DNA of 64,000 nucleotides from an uncultured Gammaproteobacteria bacterium (GTDB lineage: Bacteria > Patescibacteriota > Microgenomatia > Woykebacterales > RBG-16-39-9b), in the NCBI GenBank assembly GCA_964360785.1, contig CAYHXX010000001.1:346907-410906 (forward strand). Direction: 5' to 3'. Numbering within the stretch: position 1 is the first letter of the stretch; every line of letters starts with the position of its first letter. This document shows positions 36,049-44,547 of this stretch, piece after piece. The notes under the pieces were generated by a model. It searched no databases. It saw nothing but the letters and a program-made list of their open reading frames with translations, and had not been told where the DNA came from. The position numbers and the translations under genes were made by a program.

Positions 36049-37074
36049 ATATCTCTTGGTGTAATATTTCCCAGACGAATTTAACGAAGTGTTGTAAGCA
36101 GTTCCGACATACTTTGACAAAATCAATTGATCCACAGAGTCAATCTTGTTATCATTGTTGAGATCTGGTGGTCGAGAACTGGTCCCCACCCAAGATGAAC
36201 AAGATGCATATGTACCCGTCCCCATATGTATCTCAGCCGCATCACCAAAAGTGTCCCCATCAGAATCAATTTTCAGTGTTCTAGTGCTATAAGAAGTTTC
36301 TTTTTTATTGTTAGCGGTATCATAAGCAGTCACAACAATATTATACAATGTATCATCTTTTAGATTTGTTAAAAATAGTACTTCTGTTGCTGACATTGGA
36401 CTACAAGAAGTTGAAGAAGAACCTCCACCACCCCCACCGCTAGTTACATCCTTATAATATTTCGGATCGACTGAATCTGTATAACAATACGAATATCCCG
36501 AAACTCCACCAACATCGGTCGCTGACCAAATCCAAGTAATCTCGTTGGGGCCAACCTTAGCCGCTTTAATAGTGAGAATTGGTGGTGTCTTATCAACAAC
36601 AGTAAAGGCTTGGGTATTTGAAGTAGTACACCCACCAGTTAGACATGAGACTGTCCAGTAGTATGTTTTTCCTTCAGGCAATGCAGGGGGACTTGGTTTG
36701 TAATTGTTGTTGAGAAAACCGCTGTAGCCAGTGGAAGAGATATTTGAACTACCTTTAGTTACGTCTTTGTACCAAGAGCCAGCGTAGAAATTCCCATCGC
36801 CTTCTCTCAAGAAAACCCGGTATTTGGTTGTATAGCAATAACAATCCCAACGAAACGTTGGTGTGGTTGAAGTGGCACTGTAGGCTGGGGTTAGTGAAGT
36901 CGGTTTTCCAGTCGCCGCCTGAGGACTCACTTGCCTCAAGGCAATTGCGCCAAAAACTGTTACCGGAATCGCTCCAAAGATTGCGACCACTAGAATCAGG
37001 GAAAATTTGTTGAGGTGATGCCAATCATCAAGTCCTTTAAACCTTTGGCTGATTTTGTCTAGGGCAGAGTCCAT
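35965..37074 (-). CDS. Membrane-anchored surface protein with Ig/FN3-like region and C-terminal dockerin-like repeats
   Basis: N-terminal TM. Thr/Ser/Tyr-rich beta-rich middle. C-terminal repeats DLNNDNKIDSVD and DLNLDGYINSTD (dockerin/EF-hand-like). Confidence 0.5.
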   Translation of the reverse strand: MDSALDKISQRFKGLDDWHHLNKFSLILVVAIFGAIPVTVFGAIALRQVSPQAATGKPTSLTPAYSATSTTPTFRWDCYCYTTKYRVFLREGDGNFYAGSWYKDVTKGSSNISSTGYSGFLNNNYKPSPPALPEGKTYYWTVSCLTGGCTTSNTQAFTVVDKTPPILTIKAAKVGPNEITWIWSATDVGGVSGYSYCYTDSVDPKYYKDVTSGGGGGGSSSTSCSPMSATEVLFLTNLKDDTLYNIVVTAYDTANNKKETSYSTRTLKIDSDGDTFGDAAEIHMGTGTYASCSSWVGTSSRPPDLNNDNKIDSVDQLILSKYVGTAYNTSLNSSGKYYTKRYDLNLDGYINSTDVSILTGFYGKTCIPN

Positions 37075-37123
37075 TGATAAGTTAATTATCTTTCATTAAT
37101 AATTTACTTGTCAAGTTTAACCA

Positions 37124-37969
37124 TTAATAGTAACTAGTCGGAATATGGTTCTTTTCGATATATTCTCTCTTGCAAGCCTCTGAACAGAAATAATATTTCT
37201 TACCTCGAAAATCCAATCTTGTAGTTTCAGATCTAACCTCAACACTGGTACCACAATTGGGATCCACCACCAGATCTTCAGAATTCTTAAACCTACCATC
37301 CTCCATCCACATTACCCGATCGGCAATCTCCATCACTCTCTGATCATGACTCACTACCACAACTGTCTTTCCCATATTCTTCGCCACTGCCTGCAGCAAC
37401 CGCATCACTTCACGCCCGCGTTGGGAGTCGAGATTGGCTGTCGGCTCGTCTGCCAAAATAAGTTTTGGGTCATTTGCCAGGGAACGTGCAATCGAAATTC
37501 TTTGCTTCTCCCCTCCAGAAAGACGTTCTGGGGTAAAATCTTCTCTTTGGGAAAGGCCAAACGCCTTAAGCAGACCCTGAGCTTTCTTTCTGGCAATATC
37601 TTTCTTGACTCCAGCTAGCCCCAACGGAATCAAAACATTCTCCAGTGCAGTTAGATTGCTCAATAGATTGAAGGCTTGGAAAACAAAACCGATCTTATGC
37701 AAACGTAGGAACCGTCTGTTTCTCTCTGGCATGGAGCCAACATCTTCCCCATCGATAAAGATCGAACCGGAACTCGGCCGCAAAAGTAAACCGGCCATGG
37801 TTATCAAAGTAGTCTTACCACTGCCTGAAGGACCCATGATCAAAAGAATTTCTCCGCCGCGTACAACCAAGTCGGTGTTATCGACAGCCCGAACTTCAAC
37901 TGCTCCAACACCATAAACTTTTGATACATTTTCAAGTTTTAGTACTTCTGAGTTCTCTTGATTCATCAT
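37124..37969 (-). CDS. ABC transporter ATP-binding protein (MacB/LolD-type) with C-terminal Cys-rich metal-binding tail
   Basis: GPSGSGKTT, LSGGEKQRISIAR and ILADEPT motifs. The C-terminal about 50 aa carry PNCGTS...YYFCSEACK (TRASH/YHS-like). Confidence 0.75.
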   Translation of the reverse strand: MMNQENSEVLKLENVSKVYGVGAVEVRAVDNTDLVVRGGEILLIMGPSGSGKTTLITMAGLLLRPSSGSIFIDGEDVGSMPERNRRFLRLHKIGFVFQAFNLLSNLTALENVLIPLGLAGVKKDIARKKAQGLLKAFGLSQREDFTPERLSGGEKQRISIARSLANDPKLILADEPTANLDSQRGREVMRLLQAVAKNMGKTVVVVSHDQRVMEIADRVMWMEDGRFKNSEDLVVDPNCGTSVEVRSETTRLDFRGKKYYFCSEACKREYIEKNHIPTSYY

Positions 37970-39072
37970 TATGATTTAAACACTAATGCTGGATCTATTT
38001 TTACAATTCGCCGTACTGGCGTATAACTAGCTACAACACTCATCAGAATCGAGATTACAAAAACCATTGCAACGTCTTTCACCAAAACCACGGTTACAAA
38101 AGCTGGGGCAAAGATTGGTATCAACCAAAGTAAGACAAATGTAAGCCCAACGCCGATAACATAACCAATTCCACCAGATACCAGGGATTGCTCAAAAACG
38201 ATCCTGTACACCTGCATATTTGAGGCTCCAAGTGCTTTTACAACTCCAAACTCTCGGGATTTCTCGACTGTTGCTGTATAAATTGTCAGACCAATAACAG
38301 CTGTTCCGACAAGAATACTAATAATCACAAGCACCGAGATAATCGGGAGAAATACTTCATCGATAAAACGTTTATTTTTTTCGACAAATTTCTCTCTGGA
38401 AAGAGCTTCTATTCCTTTAATCCCATTTACAGAATCTATAACTTGGTCTACTTTACCCGGCTCAGCCTTAAGTAAGTAAAAGGTAAACAGCTCTCCCGTG
38501 TTGAATATTTCTTTTGCATCCTCCATAGTTACGAAAGAAAACTGGAAGACAAACATATTTGCGCCTTCGGCAATTCCGGCAACTTTGAATGTTTTGTCGA
38601 AGATCTCAATAAAGTCCCCAATAACAAGTTTGTTGTTCTTGGCTAGAACTTTATCGACAACTATCTCACCCTTATGGATTTTGTCGGTCCCTTCGATAAT
38701 ATTTTTTGGGCCGGTAATTGGATCTTTGATGTCAAAACCAACAATATAGGCATTTACATCCCGATCCTTAATGGAAAGCTGATTTGGTCGGCCAAGAAAT
38801 TTGTGCACCACAGCAATACCGTCAATATTTTCGATTTCCTCGGCGATATCAGGGTAAATAATCGAGGCACTACTTGAGATATCTGAGGCCCCATCTTGGG
38901 AAACCCAGATATCAGTATCAACCTCGCGGATATATTCTGTCGATTTGATCTGCCAGCCACGGTAGAGTGAAAGGATTATCAGAATCAGCATGACAGAGAA
39001 GGCCACACCACCGATCGAGATCAGCAGTCGGGTCTTTTCACCAAAAAGATTTCTTAGGGCAATGGAAATCAT
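37969..39072 (-). CDS. ABC transporter permease, FtsX/MacB-type
   Basis: N-terminal TM, large periplasmic domain and 3 C-terminal TM helices (FtsX fold). Overlaps the ATPase gene by 1 nt. Confidence 0.7.
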   Translation of the reverse strand: MISIALRNLFGEKTRLLISIGGVAFSVMLILIILSLYRGWQIKSTEYIREVDTDIWVSQDGASDISSSASIIYPDIAEEIENIDGIAVVHKFLGRPNQLSIKDRDVNAYIVGFDIKDPITGPKNIIEGTDKIHKGEIVVDKVLAKNNKLVIGDFIEIFDKTFKVAGIAEGANMFVFQFSFVTMEDAKEIFNTGELFTFYLLKAEPGKVDQVIDSVNGIKGIEALSREKFVEKNKRFIDEVFLPIISVLVIISILVGTAVIGLTIYTATVEKSREFGVVKALGASNMQVYRIVFEQSLVSGGIGYVIGVGLTFVLLWLIPIFAPAFVTVVLVKDVAMVFVISILMSVVASYTPVRRIVKIDPALVFKS

Positions 39073-39120
39073 CTACTATTTAAGTATGCCTGAATTGGGG
39101 TTTTAGATCAATTACGCTGA

Positions 39121-40920
39121 CTACCAATGGCTTCTAATTATTAATCCCCGTTCTTTTTTACCCAAAATTCGGTCTTGGATTACGTACATATCATCTTCTA
39201 TTTTTTGAGCTAAAGCATCAACCTCTTTCTTGGTCTCTTCTAAAGAGACATCGACTTTTCCGAAAGTTTGTAGGTAGTATTTGAACTGGGGTTGAGTCCC
39301 TGACGGTCTAGTGAGCAAACGAATTCTTTCATCTTCGGAAAGAATAAAGGTAATTTCATCGCCGGTTACTCCAGCTTTATAGTTTTCTGGTTTCCGCTGT
39401 TCTTCGGGCAATTTATCAATTACTTTTACAACCTTCAGACCAGCGATTTCTTTCGGGGGGTCAGCTCGCAAGGCTTTATAAAGTTTAACAATGTCTTCAA
39501 AACCTTCTTTACCAAAGGATTCAACCTGATAAAGCACATTGCGGTAATAACCATATTTAAGATAAATTTCGTTCAAATAATCGGTTACGGTTTTTCCTTG
39601 GTCCTTAAGACACGAAACCATCTCTGCCGCAGTAATGGCACCAATTGCGCCATCCTTATCTCTGATAAAATCCCCACGACAGTAGCCACAAGTATCCTCG
39701 AAGGAAAAGATAAAATCCTTAGTATTTTTCATGTGCTCAACTGTTTGGCCAATCCACTTGTAACCAACCAGCAAGTCGTCAATAACACTTATCCCAAAAC
39801 TTTTGGCTATGTCAGTCGCCAAAGTGGTACTGGCAAAAATTTTAACGAGAAGCAATTCTGGCTTGATCTTTCCTTCCTCTTTTATTTTGTTGAGAATTAA
39901 GTAAAGCATGGCCGAGGCAATTTCGTTGGCGGTGAGATAAGTTAACTTATTCGAATTAATGTTTGTTTTAAAACTAGCAGCAAAACGGCACCCGTCCGGA
40001 TCAGTACAAATAGCAATATCAGCGCCAATTTTTTCACCAAATTCTGTGGTTGGTTGAAGAACTTGCTCAAATTCTGGGTTAATGTAGTCTCGATAAGCCC
40101 CGGGAAAGTTCTCATCTGGGTTCGCCTGGCTCTCTAAAACAGTCACATCAAAGCCTTCTTGTTTAAGAATCGGTAGGGCATTTGTAATACCTGAACTATT
40201 CAAAGGACTAAAGGCAACTTTGGCCGACCGACTTTTTGTTAATGAAAGCTCCAGAAGTCTTTGTAAATAGGCCTCGTCAACTTCTTTACCAATTATTTTT
40301 ACAAAACCTTGTTTCTCTGCATCCTCAAAACCAGTTCTTTTAATTTCTTGGACATCAAGTACCAACTGCATGAACTTCTCGTCGAGTGGTGGAACCACCT
40401 GCCCACCATCGGTCCAGAAAAATTTAAAACCATTATCCGTTCTTGGGTTGTGAGAGGCTGTTAATTGAACACCCGCAATTGTCTGCAAATGGCGCACTGC
40501 GAAGGAAACTTCTGGAGTCGCACGGATTCCGTCAAAGAGAAAGGTTTTGATTCCGTTGGCAGCTAGAATACTGCAAGTAAGTTTTGCAAAATCTCGGGAG
40601 TATTTTCGAACTTCATGGCTAACAATAACACCTTTATCTTTTGCTTCTTGACCAAAATCTTCAATGAAATTGGCTAGACCTTGGGCCGCTTCGCCAATTG
40701 TGCGCAAGTTAATTCTGTTTGGTCCAGCACCAATTTTTCCTCGAATCCCACCAGTTCCAATACGAATGCGGGTATAAAAAGCATCTTCAAGTTCGATGAT
40801 ATTGTTATCGGAAATTAATTTATTAAGTTCGTCTTTATAAATAGTAAATTCTGAATCAGTTAACCACTTGTTTAGGTTTGAATAAGCTTCTTCTGAAAGT
40901 TTGTTTTTTAATTCTTCCAT
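39121..40920 (-). CDS. Phosphoglucomutase/phosphomannomutase-family enzyme
   Basis: Active-site loop GVQLTASHNP and metal-binding DPDGCRFA (DxDxDR-like). About 600 aa. Confidence 0.8.
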   Translation of the reverse strand: MEELKNKLSEEAYSNLNKWLTDSEFTIYKDELNKLISDNNIIELEDAFYTRIRIGTGGIRGKIGAGPNRINLRTIGEAAQGLANFIEDFGQEAKDKGVIVSHEVRKYSRDFAKLTCSILAANGIKTFLFDGIRATPEVSFAVRHLQTIAGVQLTASHNPRTDNGFKFFWTDGGQVVPPLDEKFMQLVLDVQEIKRTGFEDAEKQGFVKIIGKEVDEAYLQRLLELSLTKSRSAKVAFSPLNSSGITNALPILKQEGFDVTVLESQANPDENFPGAYRDYINPEFEQVLQPTTEFGEKIGADIAICTDPDGCRFAASFKTNINSNKLTYLTANEIASAMLYLILNKIKEEGKIKPELLLVKIFASTTLATDIAKSFGISVIDDLLVGYKWIGQTVEHMKNTKDFIFSFEDTCGYCRGDFIRDKDGAIGAITAAEMVSCLKDQGKTVTDYLNEIYLKYGYYRNVLYQVESFGKEGFEDIVKLYKALRADPPKEIAGLKVVKVIDKLPEEQRKPENYKAGVTGDEITFILSEDERIRLLTRPSGTQPQFKYYLQTFGKVDVSLEETKKEVDALAQKIEDDMYVIQDRILGKKERGLIIRSHW

Positions 40921-41014
40921 AGGGAAAATTATATCAGAAATTTTGCTGGAAAAGAAAAGGCCACCCCGGAAGAGTGTGGGGTGGCCATATGGACAAGCGA
41001 CTTCCTCAGGTTGG

Positions 41015-41158
41015 TTACCGCTCGATCCCAGTTGGATGGTAACTGTGGTTGCGAACCGAAGCGTACACCCAGGTGCCGTATACGAAATGTACCAGCATCA
41101 ACGGGCCGATCAATAGCGACGTCACCACAACTGCGACGTATGCATCTACCGGATTCAT
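41015..41158 (-). CDS. Candidate 47-aa hydrophobic small protein (GC-rich)
   Basis: MNPVDAYVAVVVTSLLIGPLMLVHFVYGTWVYASVRNHSYHPTGIER. GAAGGGAG RBS about 5 nt upstream. Hairpin plus T-tract downstream at 40941-40986. Confidence 0.3.
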   Translation of the reverse strand: MNPVDAYVAVVVTSLLIGPLMLVHFVYGTWVYASVRNHSYHPTGIER

Positions 41159-41202
41159 CTGACTCCCTTCAGTCGCTACATTCTACCACTTCTTACCCAA
41201 AC

Positions 41203-41228
41203 AAAAAGCGGCCTTGCGGTCGTTTTTT
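41203..41228 (-). terminator. Intrinsic terminator (A5-hairpin-T6) downstream of the DUF4342 gene
   Basis: AAAAAGCGGCCTTGCGGTCGTTTTTT with stem GCGGCC/GGTCGT including G-U pairs. Confidence 0.45.
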
Positions 41229-41268
41229 GAAATAGCAGTATAGCAGATTTGCAAACCTACGGTCAAGC

Positions 41269-41526
41269 CTACTTACGCTCAACCGAAATCGTGCATTCTG
41301 TTACCAATGCTGTGATTGCACCAATGGCGGCCAGCACAGGAGCGAGAACCACACCAACCACACCAACGGTGAGTGGAAATTCGGCGATAGTTTTGCCTTC
41401 TTTTGAAGTAATAGTTATCTTGCGAACATTACCTTCTTTGATAAGCTCTTTAATTTTTTCAGTAACATCTTCCCCTTTGACTTCGAACTTTTCCTGCCTG
41501 CCGGCAGGCTGGTCAGTTTTTGCCAT
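41269..41526 (-). CDS. DUF4342-family protein
   Basis: ITITSKEGKTIAEFPLTVGVVGVVLAPVLAAIGAI pattern characteristic of DUF4342. Confidence 0.55.
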   Translation of the reverse strand: MAKTDQPAGRQEKFEVKGEDVTEKIKELIKEGNVRKITITSKEGKTIAEFPLTVGVVGVVLAPVLAAIGAITALVTECTISVERK

Positions 41527-41527
41527 G

Positions 41528-42073
41528 TTATTTTTTGTCTCCTATTTTTACAAAAGCCAGTTTCTTCTGGCTCACTATTGCTTTTACAAGTTCAAAACTT
41601 CCAAAGAATACCCCTGTATAAAACAAATCGCCTGCCATCGTATTGCGGAAGAAAGGAATTGCCGCACTGTAGCAAGCCACCAAACCTGCAAAGGTTTTTG
41701 GGTAAAGTGAACCCGCGAGCCAAATGGCAAGATTCGTAATAATAAAGAAAAGTACTGAAGCAGTGATTGAAGCCAAGACTATATTTCCAATACTTTTGCG
41801 ATTTCGCAACCAAAATCCGATCAAAACAATCAGAGCAAAACTACCATACACAGTCAGTCTTGAAGTAATTGAATCAAAGCCAATGAAAAAATCTGACAGG
41901 ACCATTGCCGCTAGTGGCAAGACAAGTGCGGTTTTCTTGTTTAGATAAGAACCACCAAAAAGGGCCATAGCCCCGATCGGTGCGAAATTCGGGGCGTGTG
42001 GGACAAGCCGAATAAACGCTGCTGCGATCACAAAGATTAAGGGGTTTGAAATTTTCTCGAAGTATTTTTGCAT
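41528..42073 (-). CDS. Small polytopic membrane protein, ECF-transporter S-component-like (possible cobalamin CbrT-like)
   Basis: About 180 aa with 5-6 TM helices. Sits between the DUF4430 and DUF4342 genes, as in B12 ECF loci. Confidence 0.4.
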   Translation of the reverse strand: MQKYFEKISNPLIFVIAAAFIRLVPHAPNFAPIGAMALFGGSYLNKKTALVLPLAAMVLSDFFIGFDSITSRLTVYGSFALIVLIGFWLRNRKSIGNIVLASITASVLFFIITNLAIWLAGSLYPKTFAGLVACYSAAIPFFRNTMAGDLFYTGVFFGSFELVKAIVSQKKLAFVKIGDKK

Positions 42074-42138
42074 AACTTACTGGGAAGATATAGGCTGGAA
42101 CTTAGTATAACAAGTCCAGCCCATACCAACAACCCTCC

Positions 42139-42558
42139 TTAGTAGGTAGCTATCTCCCAACCAATAGTGTCACCTGTGACAATAGTGTAAGAGCCAGCTC
42201 CAACCTTGGCCTCCTGACTATTTACCAAGAATTTCCAATACTCTTTCTTAGAGTCGCTAGCCAATCTTCCATTGATACTAGTAATAAAGGCCATTTCGCC
42301 TTCACCAGATTTCTCTATTGTGACTACCGCTTCTGTAGCTTCCAATGCTGTTTTTCCAACTACATTTTTTGCCTGGTATTCCTTTTCTGCTCCATCAGCT
42401 TTAACAGTGAAAGTTACTGCTTCAGTTGCTTCTTGTGTAGTACTAGATGAAGATTTCGTTGCTTCTTTGTTGTTTTGATTTACAAAATAGTAACCGCCAC
42501 CAAGAAGTACTACCAAGGCAGCTATAACTAGAATAATATTGCTTCGAATTTTGTTCAT
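42139..42558 (-). CDS. Secreted DUF4430-like (transcobalamin-like) protein
   Basis: Likely true start is MNKIRSNIIL at 42558 (AGGAAG RBS, signal peptide). C-terminus AFITSINGRL...WKFLVN...GDTIGWE resembles DUF4430. Confidence 0.5.
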   Translation of the reverse strand: MNKIRSNIILVIAALVVLLGGGYYFVNQNNKEATKSSSSTTQEATEAVTFTVKADGAEKEYQAKNVVGKTALEATEAVVTIEKSGEGEMAFITSINGRLASDSKKEYWKFLVNSQEAKVGAGSYTIVTGDTIGWEIATY

Positions 42559-42625
42559 GAGATAACTTCCTAAAAAATTAACTATTAATAAGGCAGAAAC
42601 CAAAAAACCAACCTGCTAAAGGTTG

Positions 42626-42760
42626 GTCGATTACATACTCATCGGCACCTCCTTTGCTCGAAGGAATTCAAAGGCTGGGTTCTGGGTTTACAGTAGCGGC
42701 ACTCCCCTGGAATCGCACCAGGCTTCACCAAAAATCCTTTGATCTAAATTTTAAAAGTAG
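42626..42760 (-). ncRNA. Candidate cobalamin (B12) riboswitch in the 5' leader of the DUF4430 operon
   Basis: Minus-strand GGTGAAGCCTGGTGCGATTCCAGG resembles the GGGAAGCCGGTGAAAATCCGG core. GTGCCGCTACTGTAAACC resembles the CCCGCCACTGTAACC B12 box. Preceded by promoter TTGACA-18-TAAAGT at 42765-42794. Confidence 0.45.
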
Positions 42761-42857
42761 TAAGACTTTAGCCCAAAGCGGGAAAATTTGTCAACAGTTT
42801 TTTGTAAATTTGCACTCTAGTGAGATAATTTGATCAGAATCGAGAGCGCTAAGGAGG

Positions 42858-43241
42858 TTGGTCGTGGCTAACGATATGCCCATGGTACGTGTACCTGCCG
42901 GTATATGGACTCTAGGTGTGAGCTCGAAACGAACTCCCTACCCCATTTTCTCTTGGGGAATAGGAGAATTTCAGAATGGCGACAGCCCACTCTGGGCTTC
43001 GGCAATACGCCGCGTTTACTGTTGGGAATGGCCTGGGCAAGAACCGCTTTCCTTCGCAGATCCCGACGGAGTACTTGCCCAGATCGCAGATCACGGGTTT
43101 TCCACACCACCCCTGATTTACGAGGTTGGAGACGTCCTGAGCGAGTTCAGCCCAAAGATGCAAGGCAAGGAGTTTGAAGAGATGGGAGAACTGTTCGCGG
43201 AGATCGAGCAACGCTGGCGAGAACTAATCCGACAGCTCTGA
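42858..43241 (+). CDS. Hypothetical protein (GC-rich orphan)
   Basis: AAGGAGG RBS. The real start is probably GTG at 42864. GC above the flanks. Confidence 0.35.
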   Translation: MVVANDMPMVRVPAGIWTLGVSSKRTPYPIFSWGIGEFQNGDSPLWASAIRRVYCWEWPGQEPLSFADPDGVLAQIADHGFSTPPLIYEVGDVLSEFSPKMQGKEFEEMGELFAEIEQRWRELIRQL

Positions 43242-43303
43242 GAAAAAGCTGATCGAGACACCAGCTGGGCTCCGAACAACCGTTCCGAGCTCAGCCACAT
43301 TTA

Positions 43304-44269
43304 TTAATAGTAAACGGTTTTGGTAAGGTGATAGGGTTTATCGATCTTTGTTTTATCTTGACTTTCTAGCCACAAAATTCCCAGAAAATCCACATAGTTC
43401 AGCTTTGGGTATTTGGGCCTAAGTTTCTCAACAGTTAGATAACTGGCCATTAGCATATTGGCACGGATTTCAATCTCTTCTCCACTGGCTTCAGCCAACT
43501 CAACCCGATTGTCCACTTTTTCCGCTAAAGGCTTGCTGTATTTCAAAAATCCCAAAGTGCGCATAATTGCTGGTATTTTGTAGTCTGCAAAGCCCAAAAT
43601 TTCATCTGTTTTCGGCAGAGGTTTGTCAAAATAAGCAACATCTGTCAAAAAAACTTGGGTCTTTTTGTAGAAAAGTACACTATTACCTTTGTATTTTGGA
43701 ACATCGTAAAAACCAGCAAACTCAGTTGATAAACCTTCCATCATTCTAAAAGCGTCTGTACGATACTCTTCAAAAAAATTGTGAAAATGGCCTTGATACT
43801 TCGCCACAAGAACTTCACCAATCTTTTTCATCATTTCGTAGCGCTCTTTCAAAAGCGGAATTTCCGGCTCGCCTGCATAGATTTCACGCGTCTTTTCTAG
43901 AGTCAAATTAGCAAGAAAATTGCCGTCAAGAATGTTGTTTCCCTGCTCTATTGCCCGCTCAAAGGCAGCAATATTTGCCCACCAACCATCTAGATTTTGG
44001 CCTCGAAATGAAATTGTCCATTTCTGGGGATAGCCCCAGTAACAAAAGGCTTGATTTGCCAGTAAAAACAAAAAATCTATTTCGTCTTCCTTGTTAGGTT
44101 GAGGTTTGTAGCCCAGTGGATAGGCATTGCTACCTTTGGTCCAATGGATAATTTCTTGGGAAGCAAAACCTTTGACATAGCGATCAATCGCTTCCTCGTC
44201 AATGGAAACGAAACTACTCTGCTCAACAACAGATTTTATTGAGTCGAGGATTTTTTGTTTAGAAAGCAT
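43304..44269 (-). CDS. Queuosine salvage family protein (DUF2419/Qng1-like)
   Basis: About 320 aa. FLFLLANQAFCYWG and other blocks typical of DUF2419. Confidence 0.5.
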   Translation of the reverse strand: MLSKQKILDSIKSVVEQSSFVSIDEEAIDRYVKGFASQEIIHWTKGSNAYPLGYKPQPNKEDEIDFLFLLANQAFCYWGYPQKWTISFRGQNLDGWWANIAAFERAIEQGNNILDGNFLANLTLEKTREIYAGEPEIPLLKERYEMMKKIGEVLVAKYQGHFHNFFEEYRTDAFRMMEGLSTEFAGFYDVPKYKGNSVLFYKKTQVFLTDVAYFDKPLPKTDEILGFADYKIPAIMRTLGFLKYSKPLAEKVDNRVELAEASGEEIEIRANMLMASYLTVEKLRPKYPKLNYVDFLGILWLESQDKTKIDKPYHLTKTVYY

Positions 44270-44539
44270 CTAATGTTTGCTAGTTATCTTTAATTTATTT
44301 ATTCTAACATCCTCGATCAACAGGTCTCTATTCTCTGGAATAAAGGGGATGGAAGGATTTACATAATCAGCTTTCCTTAGGTTACAGCTTAAACAGGAAA
44401 TAACCCAAGTCCAAGGTACATCAGCATACGCCCTAAATTTTCCTTTGGGTATTAAATGGTCTGTTGTTCCAATGTTTGAAGATGTGAAAGTTTGACCACA
44501 ATATTCACAACTCTTATTATCATTTATTGTCCAAAACAA
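44270..44539 (-). CDS. Free-standing HNH endonuclease
   Basis: CEYCG...DHLIPKG...CLSCNLRKAD HNH/zinc-finger pattern. Immediately downstream of nrdJ. Confidence 0.65.
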   Translation of the reverse strand: MFWTINDNKSCEYCGQTFTSSNIGTTDHLIPKGKFRAYADVPWTWVISCLSCNLRKADYVNPSIPFIPENRDLLIEDVRINKLKITSKH

Positions 44540-44547
44540 TAATTACC

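Noticed and set aside
40981-41235. Plus-strand 84-aa and 71-aa ORFs in the GC-rich micro-island
   Set aside because: Arg/Ser-rich junk-like sequence starting inside a hairpin. The minus-strand 47-aa hydrophobic ORF with RBS is the more plausible reading, though itself low-confidence.
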